The notes under the pieces were generated by a model. It was not told the DNA's origin. It made no database searches and worked only from the letters and a program-made list of their open reading frames with translations. A stretch of 63,975 bases of DNA, filler included, from Trypethelium eluteriae (taxonomy: Eukaryota), in assembly GCA_051942245.1 (NCBI GenBank). It is 4 parts of 4 records of this genome, joined end to end, with 100 filler letters (N's around TTAATTAATTAA, not from the genome) between each part and the next. Parts side by side here need not be neighbours in the genome. Positions count along the whole stretch, not along the records: positions 1 to 16,999 come from JAVECL010000602.1; 3 more parts are not named here. One strand, written 5' to 3'. Position numbers and translations under genes: made by a program. Each line of letters starts with the position of its first letter. Position 1 is the stretch's first letter. This document shows positions 1 to 11,136 of the stretch, in pieces.

Positions 1-131
1 GGCGATTGATGCCTGCTTGGGGGCCAGCACTTTTGTACCTCTACTTCCTTTGTCCTGTTTCGCTCGATGCCCGCCTGCCTGACCGCGACCGCGACCAAGC
101 TCCAGCTCCAGCTTCATCTGCTCCACGCGAG

Positions 132-2669
132 ATGGCCTTGAAGTCGCCGCTCATGCCATCTCCCACCGGCCCAGCCTTCATGTCGCATTTCTCTCCCTAT
201 TCCGACTCGCCCAGTTCTCCGGCTCCCTACAATGCCCACTTTCAGCAGGGGCCGAGCAGGTGGGAAATAACCTCTGCGGATCGCTTTTTCCTTTTAGGAA
301 GAGATGAGATAGCTGACCGCATGCCGCACGGCTGCAGAAATTCCAACCCTTCGGATTCTCTACATCCGCCAGTCTCCCCATACCCGAATCACGTAGATCC
401 TTCACCTGTCGAATCCAATGGCAGTGCCAATACCGACATTGATGAAGATGCTCAAGAGGGAACGGATGCTGCCGATCCGAAGAAGCAGGATTCTAAAGAT
501 GAGCCAGCTTCAGTCGAAGAGCAGGCGCTGAGCCCAACTTCCCTAGAAGCTGTATGCGCGCGTGAAGCTCTTATCAGACGATCGCTAATTGAGAAAAGCT
601 TGGCAAATTAGACACTGCATTGTCGCCTGAGGCCAGAGCCGAGCCAGAGGATGGCCCCACATCAGTCATACATATACCTTCTGGATTCAAGAAATTTGTC
701 AGTAGCTTCAATTGGCCTTTCAATGGCATGAATAAACTAACAGGTTCAGGAGTCCAAGAAATCGCCCCCACCAGACGAACGTACAGGACAGACTGAACAC
801 TCGCCCACGCGGTCGGAGCGAACTGATCGTACAGGGCGGACAGACGATACCGTTCTCGCAGTACCAACTGGTGAAGAACATGCCACTCGAGATGAGAAGG
901 TACAGAACGGCACATACTATATTGTTGATCCAGTCGAGACTAAGCACATATTCCAGCGTGGTTCTGTCACGTCTCCACTGAATACATCAATACCCAACTC
1001 CAATGACCTGGATCAGGGGACTCCCCAAGCACAAACGCGGCAAGAACTGGAGGATGAATGGAGGCGGCGGAGCAGGGCTCCTCCGAATCTCGAAGGTTCG
1101 CAGATTGGATCGTCAGGCTGGTCAGTGGCTAACCAGGCATGGATAGGCATCCAGGAAGAGCATGATGGAGACAAGCACGATGACGAAATACACACGGCCT
1201 CCGTGACAACCGACCAGGACACAATGACCCGTGCTATAGAAAATCTGAACAACGCCGAGCAAGAAATCGCTGCACTCAAGACTGCACTCAGCGAATGTTG
1301 GACTCTATGCAATACCCTGGCTGGCCTCAGTAACATGCACCGTGAACGCATGTTCCAATTCGAGGGAAAAGGAGGTGCACAAGAGCAAGCTTGGCGTAGC
1401 TGCTGGCAGCTCTGTCAAAATCTTTACAAAACGCGGGAAGAGGATCACGTTACTCAAGTCAGGCCAACTTTGGAGCTATGTCGAGATTTCTGTCAGGCGC
1501 TCTTTGAAGTCAGAACACGAGGTGACGATGTCGCAGACTCGGTGTTGCGCGTCAGTTTCGAACTCAACAATCATCTCTACAATACACAAGATCGGAATCT
1601 TCCGGAAGCTTTTCGGGAACGAACATTAGATTTCTATTTGACGCTCTGTCATAGGTTGATGAAGCAACGGACAAATCTACCACAAGAGACGGATTCTCTA
1701 TTACGGGCGTGCTGGTCGTTGGCTGAAATGTTATTCAGTATCAGACAAAACAATCGGGATGGTAAGCCAGCTGATGAAGAACTACTGGGCTCAGCTGTTC
1801 AAGCGTGCTGGGACCTTTGTGACCTCTTCCGTGAAGGCTGGACGCAGATCCGACCAGAACGCGGGACACCTAAGCCAATTTATTCTGTGAATGCAGCAGC
1901 AGCAATAGCTCCATCAGCGAATATTCAACCTTCCATCCACTCTGAAGACCGTTCCAGCAGTTTGGGCGATCGCGGCTATCCCGGTATCCGCAACTATCCC
2001 CCCGAAACACCCATCACCATTTTCGACGACACCACCGCAGCATCTTCACCGGCTGAAGACGCCCCAGTCCCCAATATCCTCGTTCTCGGCCCCGAACACA
2101 CCACCAACCATACCCGCGCCTCCACCATCCACCATCGCTGGGACAGCAGCGCCTCCGCCTACTCCGACGCCTCCTCCACCCACACCGGTTCCACCGCCAC
2201 CACCGGACATGATGGCCCGCGCCCTGCCAGCACCACCCCCTCCTCCAACGACTCCACGCTCGTTCGCCTCAAATGCCTCATCCTGAAAGCCGCCATCAAC
2301 GTCGGCTTCTCGCGCCCCACTCCCTCTTCTGCCGCCTCCACGTCTTCGACCTCCTCTTCAAGCAAGGACAACGCCCAACTCTCGCTCCCGTCATTTGTCT
2401 CAGAGCTACCGCCCAATGCGTTCGGCGCGTTGCCCTGGCAGCATGCCCTGCTGAAGCAGTATCAGGCGCTCGTGACGTCCGATCCGACGCTCAGGGATGC
2501 GAGGGAACTGCCGACGGGCAAGAGGGTGTCGGCGGGGGAGTTGGCGCGGGCGGTCAAGGCGATGGTGCGGACGGGACAATTTGAGTGGTTGCGGGAGTTG
2601 TATCGGTTGGTGTTTGGGTTTGGGATTGATGAAGTCGGGGGTAGGGCCGGGGTGGTGGTGGCCACTTGA
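132..2669 (+). CDS. Conserved fungal hypothetical protein, multi-exon (Pro/Ser-rich N-terminus, Cys/Trp-rich helical core)
   Basis: ORFs 6..611 and 1125..2669 can be joined through GT..ctRaY..AG introns (~260-337, ~552-598, ~697-743). The core ALSECWTLCNTLAGLS...AWRSCWQLCQ...LLGSAVQACWDLCDLFREGW looks like conserved coding sequence. Confidence 0.75.
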
Positions 2670-4386
2670 GAATTGGTCCGAGCGGAGGTTTCAGAAGGGC
2701 TGAAAGTTATTGGACGAGGAGAGATTTTGAACAGAGGAATATGACAGAATTGATGGTAAGAGGGAGGATTTGAGAAGTCGAAGGTAACACATGAAACGAG
2801 CTCGCTGAGCAGACACATGAAAGTTTTCTTCAAAAGAAACACGTTTACGTAAAAATAAGGCCATATGATAGGCCTCTGTTTTTGTCGTTTGGGAGGATAT
2901 ACCCTATTGAGCGTTTTCACGTTTCTTCAAAACGGTCACTCCTTCACAAGTCTAGGTTTGACCACTTGCTTTCAATGTTGAATTCGACAAGCGAGTAATG
3001 AGCAAAGAATGACCGACTATAGCAAACGAAGTCAATATCTATCCATGCAAGCGGCCATCCATTGGCGTTCAACTTTGAGCTAGGATCGAATTGTAGTACC
3101 TACATCACAAAGCCACCACTTTTGTGATGCAGCTAGGATGGAGCTCTGATGTTGCCCATCAAGGCATGCACGAGCGAGAGATGTTTCGAGGGTCGGAACC
3201 TTAGTTTAATAGTAAGATAGACGGAGCTATGGCTGAACTTCTTTCCGACCCCCAGTCTGTCCAAATCTGGCTACCCGACTTCATGCAGCACATAAATTGT
3301 TCTCGCAGTAATATTGCCATGGCTGCATGAAAAGGAAATTGCAGGAATGGCTCTGACCCATGGATCTCTAAAATGTCTCGGCCGACGTGCTAATGAAGTC
3401 AGCATCATTACGTAGCAGAAGATATTGATCAATGTCCTCAACTGGAATGTAGCACTCTCGTAAAGTTGGTATATTAGCGATGAAGGTACCATCAATGGAA
3501 CTTCTACAAGCCCAAATGGGGCTCGTTGTCCATGATCGGTTGTCCGAACAGACCTAGTCTGATTCGCGTGAGTACAGGAGCTTACGGAAGCAGAGATAGA
3601 CCTGCGATCAAGAAGATCACCGGAAGAGTGTGTATTGCAGGCTGGATAAAGTTTTTCTACAACAGTGTCGGGCCGGTGGACTGATGAGAAGGTAACTGTT
3701 CACCATTGAATCTTGGGGTAGAATCTCCCACTACTCTAGATTGGACGAGAGGGAAGTGTCTCAGCACCTCAGAAGGGAGTCCTTTGTGTGAACCGGCTAC
3801 CGCACTGTGCTCCACCAAATACATGTCTATTAAGTATGGCCTTCCACAACATCTATTTGCGATTGTAGGGTGCGTTCTGGTGCGATTATACCGAACAATG
3901 CATATTCGGTAAATAGAGTCGGCCTGAAGACGTACTAAGGATATTACGGAGCAATAAATATTCCAGCTGAAGGAGCTGCGGTATTCTTAAAATCCTGAAC
4001 CCACCTCTCATCGGTGAATCTTTGAAACGATCCGACATATAATTTCTCCCAGTCTCCAACCAGAGCGAAAGTGCATGAATACGAGCCCTTTATCAAACAA
4101 AAGTCTTTGAGAGAAGGAAATTACCTTACAGCTGGCATTTGACGATGCGCAAGAAGCAAATCTCGTGCCTGATCCCAAAAGTGCCTGCAACCCGGAGAAA
4201 GACCAAAAGGCTCTGACTTAAAACACCAAAGTCAAAGATCCAAAAATCATGTCGCGTGAAATGCTACGAAAGGGCAAGAGCTTAGGGATCCATGTAGTCC
4301 GTTGACAAAAGAGAGACTGATAAGGTCTGGCTTGAACCGGCGTCATCTTAGTCCTCGAAATGGACTCCAAGCGATCTGTCTGTCTT

Positions 4387-6161
4387 TCATACCTTGCTAC
4401 CTGAAGATACCAACGTGTCTGATACGTTAGAAGTTGGAATCCGAGGAACTGGGTCTAAAAGATACCCTTGATCTTTCTCTGCCCTTTCAAAAAATTTCTT
4501 TAACTCATCACCAAGATGTTCTGCTTTGATCCGAAGCTTTGGATTGATACAAAGCATTTGTCCCATAATCAGATCTAAAATATTGTGGATAAGTTCAGAG
4601 CAAAGCTCGTGTTCGTGGAGATGCTTTACCCAGTCAAGAACTGCTGCCCGTACTTCGGCATTAGGCTCATCGCCTGATATTGTTGTTGTTGTAAAGAACA
4701 CGTCTTCAGATAGTCCTATAAGTATAGGGTGAGGTCTTAACCTCATTTCTGAAAAGCGCATAATACCACTATAGCCTGTCATGAGCCAGGTGATGAATTC
4801 TAAATACACACAGCCGAGACTCCAGATGTCGTAGGCGCGGGACACTGCCATGAAAAGCCTGAGCTCCGGGGGTTGGTACGTTGCAGTGTGAGGCATGCTG
4901 TTCGGGTTCGACCTAGATCGAGAGTCGCGACCGTGAAAGCGGCCCAATCTATTTGAGTGTTAGCTTCTGTTGAACTGCGATGATTTCATCTAGCAATCTA
5001 CCCAAAGTCCGCAATTTTGAGTATACCATCTTCATCTTGAGCATCGGCGTCACTCGAGAACCATAGGATGTTTGCCGGCTTCAAGTCTCCGTGTCGCCCA
5101 TATATCTCTTCGCCGCGTTGAACACTCAAGGTAGCATCGTCTTGTACTCGAACTTTGCCCTCAAACTCAAGTGGATGAGAAGGTTGGTAAGTGTGCACTT
5201 TTGACAACGCTTGCGCAAGACCGTACATCTGCTTCAATGACCACTTGATCTTTGCACGGAAGATCGGCGTTGGCATCTTCTCCCAGTAGCCATCCAAATC
5301 TGTGTCAGCATATGGCAAAATCAAGTGCCATTTTTCGTGCTGTTTATATGCGGCATAGAGCTTGATAAGATGCGCGTGCTTGTCCCCCAACCTTTCCAAG
5401 ATTTCTATCTCGTTAGCGACTTCTGTTTCATCGGTAGTGAAGAGTCTTTTGATTGCTACCAGGCGTTCATTCTGTATGAGATCATGTTATTCTACCACAG
5501 CGTTTGCGATAAGATTTCGATTCGAACTTACATTAAGGTTTTCACATTCATCAGAAGAGTCCCAGAAGTTGTGATGTGACGGATAGGGCTTTCTTATCAA
5601 GATATCGCTGTACCCGCCGCCTTGGATTCTCCTTTTTTCTTCGAACCTAGCGAACATGAACGGCAAGACAACATTATCATCGAAGTGATAACGGCGGCCG
5701 CATTTAAAGACTGGGGAGGTCATGAGCCACTGGGCACTACAGAATTTCTCTCTGGCTTTGCGGGACCAGTGTTCGAAGGACTTAATAGGGGTTTTTTTCT
5801 GGTCATTATAACTGCGAAGCTCCAATACCCATTGCAAGGCATGCTCTTCACTCTTTGACCTTTGAAACGGCAACTGGCTGTCTGTGATACCTTCCTCCAA
5901 GAATCTGCAAATTTCTTGTGGATTTTTGGTATATGTAAGAATAGCAAAAAGCCGTTTGGCCTCGTGGAATGCAGTCTCGGCATATCGGTCTATCTGGAAA
6001 TCTTCAAGGCTCGCATCTCCGGCACGTATCGCGCTTTTAATGACTTCTTTGGTAATCAAGCTGTCTAGAGCCTTACGGGGAATAAAATGCATTCCTGAGG
6101 TTTGAGGACATTCTACCCGTTCGTTTTCAAGACTCTTCTTCAAATATCTAATCACATCCAT
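4387..6161 (-). CDS. Ser/Thr protein kinase (fungal accessory type)
   Basis: Three exons (introns 5472-5531 and 4949-5001) restore GGGYSDI, VAIKRL, HGDLKPANILWF, KIADFG-LGRF, TYQPPE and DIWSLGCVYLEFITW. The 3' end may extend through a donor near 4391. Confidence 0.85.
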
Positions 6162-6639
6162 GGTGTCCGACTCGTTTCGAAGGAAGCTAGAGATAACTGT
6201 ATTACGAGGATCAGAAAATAGAATGAGTTAAGACTTGGTACTCAAACAAGGACTAATTTTGGAAGGTGCAGCTTCTCTGCATATGCCATGCCACGATGTT
6301 GGAAAAGTAGAGTACCAAAATGCCACCAAGTAACTAGAGAATTTCGAGCTTCTGTTGTCTGATAGATTTTCTTCGTCCATCTCAAGGAATGCAGTCATGC
6401 AAGGTCTCATCCCCAAGCTGACTTGGACATCATATGTCATCGCAAAACCAGGATCATCTCATTCGCCGTCCAGTTGTAAGTCTGATGGAATGCCGGCCAG
6501 AGGCGAAATTTGGGTTTGGTTACTGGGACCACTCGAGGATGACTCCTTCCCCGGAAGTTTGTCAGAAATTTTGCCGGTGAGAGGTAGGTAGGCGGAAGCT
6601 AAGAGGGGCAAATCACGTGGATCTGTTTGTATGCCATAC

Positions 6640-7053
6640 CTTACCTCAGTGAACTCAGACGGTTCGGATGAGACGACAGGGTTCCCTGTAGGGCCCCTGT
6701 CTAGCCAGATGTACTATCCTTTTTAGGCTAGTAGCCCTTTGTGCTCTCATCCGACCGCCTGAGCTACACTTATTCCAACTTTGCTGTGGATCGAAAACTG
6801 GGATATAAAGATTCTAAACTCTTTTGGTTATAAATAGTCTTACAGAATTACTGAGTATCTAAATACAGAAACCTGCTTACTTTAGGGTATGCGCTTTAAC
6901 TTGATACCAAATTTAGATACTGACTTGATTATAGATACTTCAAAATTCGATGCCTCCGCAAGGACTTTGACGCGCTCGGTCGAAAATTGACCTCCTCTCT
7001 ACCTCCCCCCCCACTACCACCTTACCTAGCTACCTGCCTACCTAGCTACCTAG

Positions 7054-7147
<94 letters not shown>

Positions 7148-7796
7148 ACCTACCTACCTACCTGCTTACACCCACCTAAGCAGAGGTGCGAGACCTACAT
7201 AAAGACCTACGCAGAGACCTACGCAGAGACCTATGCAGAGATCTACGCAGAGACCTACACAGAGACCTCCATAAAAACCTACGCAGAGACCTGCGCAGAG
7301 GTGTGAGACCTAGCTAGGGACCTCTGCGCGGACCTCTCATCTCTGTGTAGGTCTCGCACCTCTGCTTAGGTGGGTGTAAACAGGTAGGTAGGTAGGTAGG
7401 TAGGTAAAAAAGGGGTTTCTAAAGATCTTAGCATTACTTAAGAAGGAAGGGACATAGGGAGTTGGGTGTAGAAACCTACCTACCTTAGGTACTTGTGAAG
7501 TAATAACTGTAAAAACTGGATGAAAGGAAGGAGGTTAAAGGGTCAAAATTTGATGTCTAAAAGACAGCCCTTCAGCTTTACTAAAGCATTTTCAATCCAC
7601 AGCAAAGTCAGAACAGGTGTAGCTCAGACTTTAGAATAAAGAATGCGGATTACAGCATCTAATTGGTTCGCTTCATAGCGCAGCCACAAGCGTGATAAAG
7701 ACCAATCAATACCTCAAACTAAGCAGGGACCCCTAACAAGCAGCGCGTAGCGCTGCAAGCATTCTTCATCCTAGAGGCTGAGTTCACTGAGATAAG
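6640..7796. mobile_element. Non-autonomous foldback-like TIR element with nested inverted repeats
   Basis: Ends are CTTACCTCAGTGAACTCAG (6640) and CTGAGTTCACTGAGATAAG (7796). There are further inverted pairs at 6759-6800/7586-7627 and ~7150-7200/~7345-7400. No coding capacity. Confidence 0.7.
7030..7310. repeat. (CCTG)n/(CCTA)n microsatellite followed by ~14-bp AGAGACCTACGC tandem units
   Basis: Directly visible runs. They explain the spurious LPAC-repeat ORF 6987..7202. Confidence 0.95.
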
Positions 7797-8816
7797 CCAA
7801 ACCTAACCCACGCACCCACGAAGGTGACGGTACTAGAGCTTCACAGCATTTCATATATATGGTTGTACTACATTTACTTCTGACTTGCATTATAAAATGA
7901 GGAAGGTTGGAGGAGGACGGTACCATGTATTAGTGCACTGCGCCAAAATTGGACATTTTCAGACCAGCTGCAGGGGCAAGGTACGGCTCTCGTGGTGTGG
8001 CTACCTTCTTATCTTAAGTTACGAAGATGTCCAGCAATCTAGTCACCCTTACTTCCTCTGGTTCAGCCTATTCGCTGCAGTCTTACTCGAGAAACTGGAT
8101 GCAGATCACGTCACACTCTATGGAACTTTACGGGCAGATGCATCAGAGCAAAAATTCCGTAACTCTATCTGGGCTATTTGCTGATCTCTGAAATCAAGGG
8201 GAAATCGCTGCTGACATTACCACCATACTCAATTATTCATCTAGTCCTGCGGATGAGGCTGAGCTTCAACAATCTGGACAAGACGTCGACCCACCGCACC
8301 CATGTCGAAGCAATGTGGCTCGCCTTATAAATATATAGGTGTGCGATGCATGCCTTAATCGTATCAAGCTTATAGGAATGTGGAGGTAGGCTAGAACATC
8401 ACCTAACTGAATTCGGCTTCGATTATTTAAGCCATTTGCTTGATATCACCAGATATACTGATCTTGCCGTTCTACTCAAGCCTCATGTGGCTCATTACGA
8501 CCACAAATTTCGCCTCTCCAACATGACGCGGTGGGACAGCGCGTCTTTTTGGAACTCTTCTTACAAAGAAACGCCATTGCCAGCACTCGGAAAGATTATT
8601 GGTGCAGACCGGCGCGACGTCTCCAGTGATACTTAACGAGGTCTTTCTGACCAGGGAACGTTGCTCATTTGAAAATCCTCCATTTCCGAATTCTATCTTT
8701 TCATATCGATCTCTAGCCCAGAGTGTCGTTTCTCGCTGCTGTGTTGCTTCTCGAATTGGCCTTGCTTCCCTCGATAGCTATACTTCTCCCACATTCTACG
8801 CACCTCTAGCTTTGCC

Positions 8817-11136
8817 TTATCCTATGTCCTCCAGCTCGTAAGCGTCGCTGCCTTCGATGTTTCCCGATGTCGAGGCTCGCTTTTTTTGCGATCGTAGTCC
8901 AGCGGGAAAATGCTCGCTAATCCAGCGATATACAGATTTGAGGGGGTCGACAACTATTGATAGGAGAACTCTCAAAGGACGATGATATATGAAAATGTAT
9001 TGGACACCAGCAACTATCGATAGGAGATGTCTCAAAGGACGACAATATGTGAAAATATACCAGATTACGATTGTGAAGATAGTCAAGGGAACTGCTATCT
9101 CTGGGAGGAGCCGGACGCTCCCGTATATAGCCATTCTGCCGCTTTCCTCGATTCGGGTAAATTTTGTTGAGAAAAAGCTCTGCCTGTATTCAATAGGCCG
9201 TCCAGTCAATTTATTCAATGAAAGGGGTCAAACATACAAGGACTATTTGTGGCGGCAGATAGACCAACCCAATTATTGTCAAAGCTTTCATAGCAGTTGC
9301 ATCCTCAGCGGTCCGCTCCTAGGTACTGTTAAAGTCTTTGATACTATTCTACGGGGACACCTACTGTCAAAGCTTTCATTGCAGTTGCATGCTCAGCGCT
9401 CCTCTCCTAGGTACCAGTGAGTCCTTGATATCATTCCATACGGGGATACTTACTGTCAGAGCTTTCATTGCACTTGAATCCTCAGCGGTCCTCTCCTAGG
9501 CGATATTGAGTCGTTGATACTATTCTATACGGCGATACTTACTGTCAAAGCTTTCATTGCAGTTGCATGCTCAGCACTCCTCTCCTAGGTACCAGTGAGT
9601 CCTTTATATCATTCTATACGGGAATACTTACTGTCAATAAGACCGTCATCTTGGTTTCCAACTATTGCATTATCATCGATGCCTGCTCTTGAAGAGCCCG
9701 GGTGTACAGTGTCACTTACTAGCTGAGTGGTAGATTTCGCTTTGTCACTCAACACATTGGTCCTGCTCCTACACATGGCCAGATCTTTGACATATTTGCC
9801 AAATAACTCGAGAATTTGTTCACAGCCGCACGATTTCCCCATTTTCTTGCATTCCCGCCGACATTGATCTTGACATTGTTTCCGTATGCCCTTGACTGAA
9901 TAGAGTAACGTAGGTAGTAGCACCTGTAAATCAGATATCCGATCCTGATGATGCTTCAATCTCACTCTGTCCTCGAAATTGAATTCTTCTGCTCTTTTGA
10001 TGAAGTTTGATTCTGGATCCTGGGATGCAGTGGTGTTCGTTCTGACGGTAGTAAAATCGCTGGCGAGACCTACATGATCTGACTGTAATATTTCTTCCAT
10101 TCAGTAAAATTCATTGAGGGCCTGGTGCTGCTTTGGAAAACACTACACGACGTATGGCCTACAGAAGAACAGGATCTCACCATGTCGTTCAGCCACTTCT
10201 CCAGCCAAATTATATATTCCATCCAGCTCTTCAAGCTATCCGATATGAGTATTCGGTGAATCTCGATAGGTGAAATGACGCGTTCATTCTCAAGCCCGGG
10301 TTCTGGAAGGGTGTGGAGCTGTTTCTTGACATTTTCGGACGGAGCAACAAGCAGGAACGTCGATTCCGCTCCGCCCTTGTAATGACCAGTGGATTGGAAA
10401 TATACCGCCGTCTGGCGGATAATCCAATCCGAGTCTACTGGAGTTGGCTTTTCCTTCCTCGTGTCCTTTTCAGCTCGGCGGAGCACATGAGCTGATTCTA
10501 TGGTACTGTGAGTATGCTACCCCAAGATCGACGTTCACGAATGACATTAGTGCCTGGATGTAACTTACCGAAGAAGGAAGTCTGGTTCGAGCCATCTCCT
10601 CCATCCAGTGAACGCAAAGTCCGTTTTTCTGTGTAACCGGGATACTCGAACTCGTTCTCTGTCTCTGCATCTTTTTTACCTAAAGGAATAACGTATTGCC
10701 AGATATCGTCGAATACACTATATACTTTAATGAAGTCGTTGAAGAGATCTTGAGAAATATGCAAAGCGGTCCATGATCTATCCTGTGTGATTTCGAAGAG
10801 ATGAAGTACGGCATTTCGCTCCTATCGCTCCAGTAGATAAGTCAGTTTCTGCTTCCATGCAGCCGTGTTCAAAGGCAAACATGTTGACCAAATGTTGTGC
10901 TGCGTACAGTAATGAAGTCGAATGAAGCAGAATCTTACGCGATGCAGATCCTTGATCTCCTCAATTTCAGACCGCTGCTTAAGAGATCGAACTTTCAAAA
11001 CATCTGCAGTGCTTCTCCCATTGTCGTCCTTCCAGGAAATACCATTCACTTGTAGCTGATCCTTTTCAGAGGATTTCCCGAAGACTCTGTTGGCTCTTTT
11101 TTGGAATTCCTTGTCGAAGTCTGAGGTTGAGTTCAT
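8817..11136 (-). CDS. Fungal CorA-like two-TM membrane protein, about 10 exons
   Basis: Spliced exons give EITQDRSWTALHISQDLF, DWIIRQTAVY, a helical middle region, then AMKALTIIGLVYLP-SFFST...IAVPLTIFTIVIWY. This is the CorA-like TM hairpin pattern without a GMN motif. Confidence 0.75.
9277..9631 (-). repeat. Four tandem ~89-bp units, each one intron (46-47 nt) plus a 42-nt coding segment
   Basis: Exons 9543-9584, 9454-9495, 9365-9406 and the first 42 nt of exon 9238-9318. Introns 9585-9631, 9496-9542, 9407-9453 and 9319-9364 all read GTARGT...CCTAG on the minus strand. Confidence 0.9.

Noticed and set aside
6987..7202. ORF with LPAC repeats
   Set aside because: Translation of a (CCTG)n microsatellite inside a non-coding element.
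9277..9631. 89-bp repeat read as a non-coding minisatellite or CRISPR-like array
   Set aside because: Better explained as intron + exon cassettes that keep the reading frame of the surrounding gene.
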